From the IMG/VR virus record IMGVR_UViG_3300008261_000103, positions 1 through 29,434 of that record: a DNA stretch of 29,434 nucleotides, one strand, 5' to 3'. The position numbers and the translations under genes are program-made. Under the pieces are notes generated by a model. It ran no database searches. It had not been told where the DNA came from and saw nothing but the letters and a program-made list of their open reading frames with translations. How positions within the stretch are numbered: position 1 is the first letter of the stretch; every line of letters begins with the position of its first letter. Positions 1 through 7,285 of the stretch are shown here, piece after piece. The stretch is from a virus (taxonomy: Duplodnaviria > Caudoviricetes).

Positions 1-354
1 ATCTAAAAATTGATCAAATGATAAGAGTCTTATTTTTTTCTTATTCTTTCCACCAGGAATGTCTCCACTTCCGGTTGGCTGAGCGGCAAACGAATCAGCA
101 GAGCCAGGATTTCCTGGAAACTCTACAGGACCCATTCCCTGTACATTCATATTAGGATTAAGAGTTACAGTTTCTTCGGCTACTTTATCAGGTAAACCTT
201 CTTCTTTAGTTTCAGCGTAATCTCTTAAGTCTTTTTCTGGTAATTTAGACAATTCTTTTACCTCATCTGATGCTTCAGATGCAGAAAGCTCTCCTCTCTT
301 ATATAAAAGAGCGAGAGCAAAAAGTCTACGTTGTGCTTTACTCTGTGCGGGCAT
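1..354 (-). CDS. DUF3008-like small protein, 3'-truncated by window edge (missing from the ORF track)
   Basis: My translation from ATG at 354, which overlaps the upstream stop (TAATG): MPAQSKAQRRLFALALLYKRGELSASEASDEVKELSKLPEKDLRDYAETKEEGLPDKVAEE...GMGPVEFPG...GSGDIPGGKNKKKIRLLSFDQFLD. Open for 118 codons to position 1. The N-terminal 58 aa match the recalled DUF3008 pattern MPAxSKAQ...KRGE...L.D+A.TK..GLP.K. Confidence 0.8.
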   Translation of the reverse strand, partial: MPAQSKAQRRLFALALLYKRGELSASEASDEVKELSKLPEKDLRDYAETKEEGLPDKVAEETVTLNPNMNVQGMGPVEFPGNPGSADSFAAQPTGSGDIPGGKNKKKIRLLSFDQFLD

Positions 355-1700
355 TATTTAATATTATCTTTAAACCAACGATCTATCCAACCCTTAAGTT
401 CTTTTTGTGCAGGTTTAATATCTCTAGGCTCAGTAGCAGGACCATTTTTCCATTGCTGCCAAATTTGTTCGAGTTCTCCTAATGCATTAGCCATACGGAT
501 AGAATCCATAACCTCAATATAGTCTTCATTAACAGACTCTTTCTTTTCATCATCTTTAGATAGTAATTCATAAACCTCGTTATCACCTGGTAATGAAATA
601 AGACCTACTACATCCTTTCCCATTGCCTTCTGTTTGGCACCAATGGCATCAAACGTTGACAGAATAGCGTTATAAGTTTCACCATTAACATCCATCTCTT
701 TAAAGGTACCTTCTGATGTATCAACTTTAGGAGTTATTGGTTCTGTCATTTCCTCATCTTTTTCTCTTACAAGAAATTCATTAATTGATTTTAAGTTTTT
801 CATTTGTTTACTTTCTTTTATTGGGTTTAATGTATCCTGTAGAGTTTTATAGAAATTATGAATACTCTTAGGTGTCATTTTCTTAAACGTGTTTTCATCA
901 TCTATTGTTAAAGCATTGCGAACTTTAGATGCTGAAATGTCATCATCGGTTCTACCTATTTCAAATCCAGTAAATTCAGGATCAACTCCAAGTTGCTCCC
1001 TGTAGTCTGGCTTATCAATCATTGCATCATATGCACGTTTTCTATCAGTACCATACCCCCACATAACAGGCTCATATGCAGGTCTTGCAGTTGCAAAGAG
1101 AGTATCGATTGCACCGTTAGGAACTACAAAAGCCGCCTCTAGGAACGGATATTGCTTAGTCATATCAGCAAACATAGCCTGCTGTAATTCTTCACTAAAT
1201 GGATTTTTTTCAGGATCAGGTTTACCACCTCTTACCAAGAATACCACAACAGGGTGGCCATTCTTTTTATACATTTGTTCAAATACTTTTACATGGCCTA
1301 ACGTAAAAGGCTGAAAGCGACCAACAAAAATATTAACCTTCTTTTTACCTTGATCTTTATGAGGAACATTTAATGCCTCAGTAATAGAAGTAACTTTAGT
1401 AGCCTTTCTAATTCTATTGCCAAATGGGGAAAGCGAGTATCTTTTAATCCCTTCCTGATCTTCACTAATATTGAATAAGTCAAGGTTTCTTTTTAGCCAT
1501 CTTTTATTGGCATTAATCTCTGATAAGATTTTAACTAATTCTTCCTCTGTTAAATGACCATCCCCAATTGAATCCAAAAGAACATTTCTTATCTTAGCTG
1601 AAGTAGAAACAAACTTAGCAGGATGATTCTCGGTGTATCTCCTTTTAACAGCAACTTTCTTTTCAACTAAAAAAGTATCAATATTTTTAAGATTTTTCAT
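354..1700 (-). CDS. HIGH-superfamily (cytidylyltransferase/NMNAT-like) nucleotidyltransferase with extra N-terminal domain and acidic C-terminal extension
   Basis: FVGRFQPFTLGH ((T/H)xGH motif, H136), KNPFS, YGTDR and ISASKVRNAL (SxS/TxxR motif). Substrate cannot be determined from sequence. Confidence 0.85.
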   Translation of the reverse strand: MKNLKNIDTFLVEKKVAVKRRYTENHPAKFVSTSAKIRNVLLDSIGDGHLTEEELVKILSEINANKRWLKRNLDLFNISEDQEGIKRYSLSPFGNRIRKATKVTSITEALNVPHKDQGKKKVNIFVGRFQPFTLGHVKVFEQMYKKNGHPVVVFLVRGGKPDPEKNPFSEELQQAMFADMTKQYPFLEAAFVVPNGAIDTLFATARPAYEPVMWGYGTDRKRAYDAMIDKPDYREQLGVDPEFTGFEIGRTDDDISASKVRNALTIDDENTFKKMTPKSIHNFYKTLQDTLNPIKESKQMKNLKSINEFLVREKDEEMTEPITPKVDTSEGTFKEMDVNGETYNAILSTFDAIGAKQKAMGKDVVGLISLPGDNEVYELLSKDDEKKESVNEDYIEVMDSIRMANALGELEQIWQQWKNGPATEPRDIKPAQKELKGWIDRWFKDNIK

Positions 1701-1715
1701 CTAAGTGTCTTTTTT

Positions 1716-1723
1716 TATTTATT
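1716..1723 (-). promoter_or_regulatory. Putative late-promoter-like motif AATAAATA
   Basis: 15 nt upstream of the ATG at 1700. Resembles the T4 late -10 element TATAAATA. It overlaps a TAA stop, so it could be chance. Confidence 0.35.
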
Positions 1724-4550
1724 TAAGAATTCTAATACCTATATTCGCATTAAAAGGATTAGGAATACTACCTTTTCTTTCAAACTTAAATTCTGCTGTT
1801 TTGAAAGGAACTGTCTTAAATCTAAATAGTCCACCTTTTACTAAAACATCCAGATAAAGCTGCTTAACGTCGGTTACCAATTGACCGTATTTAGTTAATT
1901 GCTTTTGAAACTTATTATTCAGCATTATTTCAATCTCAACCATAAGAGGGTAAAATATAAAGCCTATTCTATTTTTATCAGATGCAGCCTTTTGCTTTAC
2001 ATATAAATCATATACCTTTTGTGCAGGGAGCTTAGATTGATCAACACCGGTCTTTGAATAAAATTCTGACATTACTGTTTTGAATTCCTGTTCATCATTA
2101 GACAGATCATCCATATAAGTAATCAACATATCTTTGTATGCCGAATTTGGTTGTAAATTTGCTTTAGACAAAATATACCAATACCCAGAATTACTGGTTG
2201 AACTTGGAATGTTAACACTGCATAAATTCATAACGTTATTGTAAATCATGCTATTATCAAGTTTTGGCGGGTTTACCCATTGCTTAACTACATTATTTAG
2301 AAAATCGATTTCAGGTTGAGTATCAAAATGAAGATGCCCAGAATTATACATAGAATACATCTTTTGTATTATTGTATCACCACTTGGGGTACCACCGCTT
2401 CCTGCTTTAGAAGAAATGCTATAATCGTCAAAGAAAAAGTCTACTAACTTTTCATTAGATGCAGTAGGATATCTTAATCCAGCCCCAGCATCCCTCAGTA
2501 GATTAAATAGCATAAAGCCACCTAAAATTTCACCATAGTCATTTTGGAAGTTATTAATTGAAATTGAATCTATGCCATCAAAAAGAGAATCAGTTATATC
2601 ATAGAATAAATACCCAGCTGATGCATTTGCATATGTTTCAAAATCAGAAAAAGAATTTGCATTTTTAGAATTTGTAATTAATTCTCTAGTTGATTCAATA
2701 ATAAAATTCTTATAATTATCTGGGCATGATAATCTATTTACATAACTTTCTACTTTTGAAAACAAACTTTGTGCATCTTTATATTCGCTTGTAGGTAATC
2801 CCATTGCATCGGGTGTAAGATCTTTTTTACCAATCACTGCAGCTGTACCTGTGCTCTTTTCAATCTTTACCCGATTTGTTATGTAAAAGATATCCCCGTT
2901 TTTATAATTATCACCAAGATTATCTTTTATTGGATTAACGATTGTTATCGCATATGAATCATAGTCACTTGAAATTTTCCCACCTGCATTAGGAACATAT
3001 GTACCAACCTTTATCTGTTCAATTGAATAGTCTGTTCTCTTTATTCCTAGTCCTTGTAATAAAAAGTTTTCAATATTTTTTTCAGCGGTACCATCATTCA
3101 TTCCAAAATCTGCTCTAAGTACTTCTCCACGTATTTTAGATTTAGGCTTAATCCAATTCGTGGACCCAGTAAACCTTTCATATTTTTTAATCCATTCCTG
3201 CTGTCTTTTAGTTAAACCTGCAGCTTCTTCTAACTTATTTGAATATGGAATTTCAATTTTACCTAAATTAATAAAGCCATTGTAATTCAATGTCTTTTCT
3301 TCAATAATTATATCCTCGGCAGTTTCATAAGACTCATTGGTCTTTTTAAGATTAAGATAATCACTAAATGTCTTAAACTTATCATCAACTGATTTGTTAA
3401 TTGCATCTTCAATTTTTGTAACCAGTTCGTTAAAGTCTTCTACCACAGACGGTGTTAAAATATTACCTACCTTTTCAGGGTTTCTCTTTTTACGAAGAGA
3501 TCCTAGCATAATCTTAAACAGGTCTTGCATAGTATCATTACCTTTAAGAATACTCTGCGTTGCTTGGCTAGGAATAAGATCAACATTTAATTTGAATTCA
3601 TCACCTTTTGCAAATTCAGCTTTTTCTATTCCTAAGTCTTTAAGACCTTTGCCTCTCCTAGTTACATATTCATTAAATATTGATGATATTAATTCTAGGT
3701 ATCTTTCATCTGGTGTAGTACTCAATAGCTCACCACTCTTTAAACCTCTCTCCTCAATAAATGCAAGTATATCAAGAAGAAGAATTTCATTAATATCGGC
3801 AGGCACCTTTTTAGGATCAATAGGTTCTTTATGCTTTAAGAGATTTGCCGTGTAAGGATCAATTAGCTTTGCAGAAATGGATTGTGTAGTACCTGGCTTA
3901 TAAAACTTAAATATGATTGATTCAATTGGTTTAGTTAAATCATCCTGTAAGATTGTAGAACTTAGCTTTGGATTAAGAATCTTAATTAGATATTCTGCAA
4001 ATGAAGATGTTTTGAAAATTTCTAATTGGTCTTCAATTGGAGTACTAATAAAGTTTTTAATACTATCTTTTTGCTCGTCTGTTAAGTAACCTTTAAAGAT
4101 AGGAAGTAAAGGAGTTACACCTAATGCATTTGACCAATCCTGAATAACTCTAGGATCTTCAATAATCTTAATAAACTTGCCATTTTGATTCTTTACCTGA
4201 ATATGGGTTAAGACCAGATTATTTTTAGGTAACTTATCATATTTAATTACACCAGGTTCATTATGAACAAAATACTGAAAACAAAATCTCCAGTTCGCAG
4301 GTATAGAATCAATAAATGATAATGTAGTCTGCTTTATGTAGTTAATAGGATTTTCATAATAAACCATTAATGTTCTATCAACAAGGTTAATTGGCTTATC
4401 ATTAGACTTAAAGAATTTTAGTGATGAACTAGACTTTTCAAACGAAAAAGCAGATCCTGATAACTTTTCAGTTACTACAAGATAGTCTTTAGCGAGATCA
4501 TTAATAAAATCTTGGCCTAACTCTTTATAAATTCTAGCTAATTCTTTCAT
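1719..4550 (-). CDS. 943-aa fusion: degenerate ATP-dependent ligase-like nucleotidyltransferase domain plus C-terminal PD-(D/E)xK-like nuclease domain
   Basis: N-terminal part: VTEKLSG (motif I-like, K29), CFQYF (III-like), LVLTHI (IIIa), IESIIFK (IV), SAKLID (V). C-terminal part: DYGEILG (E674) and PTASNEKLVD(704)FFFDDYSISSK(715). The ORF is certain; the domain calls are by eye. Confidence 0.55.
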   Translation of the reverse strand: MKELARIYKELGQDFINDLAKDYLVVTEKLSGSAFSFEKSSSSLKFFKSNDKPINLVDRTLMVYYENPINYIKQTTLSFIDSIPANWRFCFQYFVHNEPGVIKYDKLPKNNLVLTHIQVKNQNGKFIKIIEDPRVIQDWSNALGVTPLLPIFKGYLTDEQKDSIKNFISTPIEDQLEIFKTSSFAEYLIKILNPKLSSTILQDDLTKPIESIIFKFYKPGTTQSISAKLIDPYTANLLKHKEPIDPKKVPADINEILLLDILAFIEERGLKSGELLSTTPDERYLELISSIFNEYVTRRGKGLKDLGIEKAEFAKGDEFKLNVDLIPSQATQSILKGNDTMQDLFKIMLGSLRKKRNPEKVGNILTPSVVEDFNELVTKIEDAINKSVDDKFKTFSDYLNLKKTNESYETAEDIIIEEKTLNYNGFINLGKIEIPYSNKLEEAAGLTKRQQEWIKKYERFTGSTNWIKPKSKIRGEVLRADFGMNDGTAEKNIENFLLQGLGIKRTDYSIEQIKVGTYVPNAGGKISSDYDSYAITIVNPIKDNLGDNYKNGDIFYITNRVKIEKSTGTAAVIGKKDLTPDAMGLPTSEYKDAQSLFSKVESYVNRLSCPDNYKNFIIESTRELITNSKNANSFSDFETYANASAGYLFYDITDSLFDGIDSISINNFQNDYGEILGGFMLFNLLRDAGAGLRYPTASNEKLVDFFFDDYSISSKAGSGGTPSGDTIIQKMYSMYNSGHLHFDTQPEIDFLNNVVKQWVNPPKLDNSMIYNNVMNLCSVNIPSSTSNSGYWYILSKANLQPNSAYKDMLITYMDDLSNDEQEFKTVMSEFYSKTGVDQSKLPAQKVYDLYVKQKAASDKNRIGFIFYPLMVEIEIMLNNKFQKQLTKYGQLVTDVKQLYLDVLVKGGLFRFKTVPFKTAEFKFERKGSIPNPFNANIGIRILK

Positions 4551-4574
4551 TTAATTTATTTTTGTATTACCTTT

Positions 4575-4583
4575 TATATATTC
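4575..4583 (-). promoter_or_regulatory. Putative late-promoter-like motif GAATATATA
   Basis: Intergenic, just downstream of a terminator-like hairpin and 24 nt upstream of the ATG at 4550. Confidence 0.5.
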
Positions 4584-4598
4584 GGTAGAAATTACTAC

Positions 4599-4628
4599 AA
4601 ACAACAAGAGTGAGACGATAGCTCACCC
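4599..4628 (-). terminator. Putative intrinsic terminator
   Basis: GGGUGAG-CUAUCGU-CUCACUC 7-bp stem (one G-U pair) followed by UUGUUGUUU, downstream of the 423-aa gene. Confidence 0.5.
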
Positions 4629-4704
4629 ATTATCGTTATTGAATTTATTGAAAACAGTTACCTATTAACTAAAATAGATAACTCACTGGATGTAAGATCT
4701 GGTA

Positions 4705-5976
4705 TTATCTACCGTACTTAATTATTCCAAGTAATTGGTTAAGTGCAGCAAAGGTTCCGGTTAACTTGTAAAGTTTTCCGTTATATCTGAAAACAATTCC
4801 TTCCGTTGGAAAAATTGAATTTATTCCTCCAATTCTGTCAAGTCTAGCCAACTCATCTTCAACCTTTCTGATTTGATCAGCCCCACCAGTTTTTCTAATC
4901 TTATCGGCCTCGGCTTGCAAATATGCGCGAAGTCTGGCAGTTTCGCCGGTTGGATCTGCTGCTAAGAAATTGCTGGCATTACTTAATATAACCGAACCTA
5001 GCTCAAGGAATAGATCTTCAAACGGTCTAATATTTTCTTTGTACTTTTTCTTTACGTCTTCCTTATCAAATTTCTTAATCTTGGCAGATTCATCAGGACT
5101 TAAAACCTTATCAAGAGATCTCATATTTAATGTATTCTTATCATCATACGCCCATCTTCTTAAAAGACCTTCCTTAACGTCTTGTGGAGCATTTGGAAAT
5201 TCCTTATCAATAAGTTCTCTCCACCACATTTCATGATATCTTGATACCTCATCACCGTCATTAAGACCGTATCTCTTTTGAAGTTCAATTACTTTATTAA
5301 TAAACTTTTGCTTGTTTTGGCTAAAGTCCATATCCTGTTGTAATTGAATTATTCTAGGTGGAATAATCTTAAAGGTCTTTCCTAAATCTGCTTGTACTTT
5401 AGATAGGATTGCAGGAATTTCTTTAGCAGGGCGAGCATCAGTACCTATTACATTACCATTACCATCTGTTTTAGTTATATTATGAAATTGGATAACATCA
5501 GTATCATAATTAATAACATTAGGATTTCTTGAATAGATAAGTTCCATATTCATAAAGTTCTTACCGTTATCAAATGTATCTTGTTGAACTTTAGGAGGTA
5601 ATTTAATTAAAAGATCTGCAAGGTCTTGTGCGGCATACTGAAAAGTATCTCTAACTGTTGCGCTTGGATGATCCTGGAACTTTTGCTTAAAATCAGAAAG
5701 AGACATTGGAGAAATGCTTTCTCCTTTATTTCTTGCAAATTTTACCTGACCGTCCTGAATAGTAGCCCATACGTTTTGGCCATCGGTCTTTTCAGTAGGA
5801 TCTTCTTCAAAGTTTAATTCTCCGCGAAGACCAGCATCAATAATACTTTTAAAGTCACCAAAGGTTAATCCTTTATCGTCAAAAGGATGATTCATGTGGC
5901 CAGCAGCGCCACCTTCTAAAAGTAATGGCTGGCTTTTATCGGCCAGCCATTGTTCAAATAGTTTAATATATTTCAT
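4705..5976 (-). CDS. ATP-dependent RNA/DNA-ligase-fold covalent nucleotidyltransferase (possibly DUF6267-related)
   Basis: TEKTDGQN (KxDG motif I, K63), FARNKG (Ia), NMELIY (III), IQFHNI (IIIa), TEGIVFR (IV) and LYKLTG (V). N-terminal GHMNHP. No recognisable OB domain after motif V. Confidence 0.7.
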   Translation of the reverse strand: MKYIKLFEQWLADKSQPLLLEGGAAGHMNHPFDDKGLTFGDFKSIIDAGLRGELNFEEDPTEKTDGQNVWATIQDGQVKFARNKGESISPMSLSDFKQKFQDHPSATVRDTFQYAAQDLADLLIKLPPKVQQDTFDNGKNFMNMELIYSRNPNVINYDTDVIQFHNITKTDGNGNVIGTDARPAKEIPAILSKVQADLGKTFKIIPPRIIQLQQDMDFSQNKQKFINKVIELQKRYGLNDGDEVSRYHEMWWRELIDKEFPNAPQDVKEGLLRRWAYDDKNTLNMRSLDKVLSPDESAKIKKFDKEDVKKKYKENIRPFEDLFLELGSVILSNASNFLAADPTGETARLRAYLQAEADKIRKTGGADQIRKVEDELARLDRIGGINSIFPTEGIVFRYNGKLYKLTGTFAALNQLLGIIKYGR

Positions 5977-5985
5977 TTGTAGAAA

Positions 5986-7224
5986 TTACTTTCCCATAGT
6001 AGCTTGTAAAGCTCCAACCATTGCGCCGTAGTCACCTTTATACTTAGAGGTTAAACCATCAATAACTTCTTTGGCTTTTGCTTCATCAAACTTATCACCA
6101 TGAGCAGACTTTAATAATTCAGTTGCATATTCTGCAAACTCGGTGTCAGACTTAATTTCCTTTTCGGAAATCTTGCCTTCTTTTACAACAACAGTACCTT
6201 GTACAGCAGGTTCATCCTTTGCAGTAGCAGGTTCTTCAGTAACCTTTTGATCTTTAGTTACTAATTCTTCGCCTTCTTTTTCATCCTTTTCTTCAGGTTC
6301 TCCTAACTTTACAATTTCGTCAGAAACGGCTGCAGCTGTTTTAGGACCATCACCCTTTGCGATAGGAAGAGCAATTCCATTTTGATCAGGAGTTTCTTCC
6401 TTTAATTCTGGGCCGTTATCGGCTTCTTCAGAAAGATATGATTCAGAAACAAATTGAGAGAATGATCTAATACTTGAAACGGTACGAGATACCTTTTCTT
6501 CAATCTCTTCTTTCTTTTCTTCTTCTTCTTCTTCATTAGCATAGGAATCAGCTACAGGAACTGCATTATCTTCGTCTTCTTCTTCGTCATCCTGATAACT
6601 AACATTCTTATTAACAGTAACCTCTTCTTCTTTTACGAAATCTTCAAAGGTCATTATTCTACGTTTAGCTACTGGCTTCTCTTCGGCTTCTTCCTCTACC
6701 TCTTCACCAGACTCTTCATCATCACCTTCAGCAGGTACCTCAGCAGTAACCTCTTGATCTTTAGTTACAACTTCTTCGCCTTCTTTTTCTTCTTTTTCTT
6801 CAGGTTCTCCTAAATCAACGATACTATCTTCAATTTCTTTAGATACATCTTCAGTCTTTTCAGTTTCTTCCTTTTCTTCAGTCTCTTCTTCAGTCTCTTC
6901 AGCAACCTCAGTTGTTGTACTTCCTACTTCCTTATCTTCCTCTTTTTCACCGTCCTTATCTTCCAAGGATTTAGGCTCACCAAGATCTTTGATTTCATCT
7001 TCAATATCTTCGGCATCATCTTCACTAACATCCTGTTTAGGATTAAATTCTTTTAGTAAAGCTTCTAATTTAGAAAGAAGTGCTTTTTCTTTTTTGATTT
7101 CATCAATATTATTATAACCTAGCTTTTGAACTAATTCTGCTAAAGCTTCTGGGCTAAGGTTTGCTGACTCCAAAATAGATAAACTACCATTAGAGGCGGC
7201 CGAAAACTTTTTAATAGGCTTCAT
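5986..7224 (-). CDS. Highly acidic internal-repeat protein, putative prohead core/internal head protein
   Basis: Very Glu/Asp-rich. Three LGEP-containing repeats, motifs IMTFEDFVKEE and IRSFSQFVSE, and a short helical C-terminal domain. Confidence 0.5.
   Translation of the reverse strand: MKPIKKFSAASNGSLSILESANLSPEALAELVQKLGYNNIDEIKKEKALLSKLEALLKEFNPKQDVSEDDAEDIEDEIKDLGEPKSLEDKDGEKEEDKEVGSTTTEVAEETEEETEEKEETEKTEDVSKEIEDSIVDLGEPEEKEEKEGEEVVTKDQEVTAEVPAEGDDEESGEEVEEEAEEKPVAKRRIMTFEDFVKEEEVTVNKNVSYQDDEEEDEDNAVPVADSYANEEEEEEKKEEIEEKVSRTVSSIRSFSQFVSESYLSEEADNGPELKEETPDQNGIALPIAKGDGPKTAAAVSDEIVKLGEPEEKDEKEGEELVTKDQKVTEEPATAKDEPAVQGTVVVKEGKISEKEIKSDTEFAEYATELLKSAHGDKFDEAKAKEVIDGLTSKYKGDYGAMVGALQATMGK
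6237..6813. repeat. Dispersed 70-bp direct repeat (6237-6306 and 6744-6813) inside the acidic protein gene
   Basis: 65/70 identical by manual alignment. Encodes LGEPEEK(D/E)EKEGEE(L/V)VTKDQ(K/E)VT. A third, diverged copy lies near 6940-7000. Confidence 0.9.
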
Positions 7225-7251
7225 TTGTATTTGATTTTTTTATTCTTTTTT

Positions 7252-7259
7252 TATATATC
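7252..7259 (-). promoter_or_regulatory. Putative late-promoter-like motif GATATATA
   Basis: Intergenic, 27 nt upstream of the ATG at 7224, followed by an A-rich leader. Confidence 0.5.
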
Positions 7260-7285
7260 CATGACATTAGAGAAAGATATTACAT

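Noticed and set aside
4585-4598. TAATTTCTAC resembles the 5' part of a Cas12a repeat
   Set aside because: The following GTAGAT arm is absent, there is no regular repeat-spacer array, and no cas genes are present.
4608-4636. H-type pseudoknot from ACGAUA/UAUCGU and GGGUGAG/CUCACUC
   Set aside because: Loop 3 would be zero nucleotides, which is sterically implausible; treated as alternative helices instead.
4705-5976. Calling this the replicative DNA ligase
   Set aside because: The protein ends about 20 aa after motif V, with no OB domain or motif VI.
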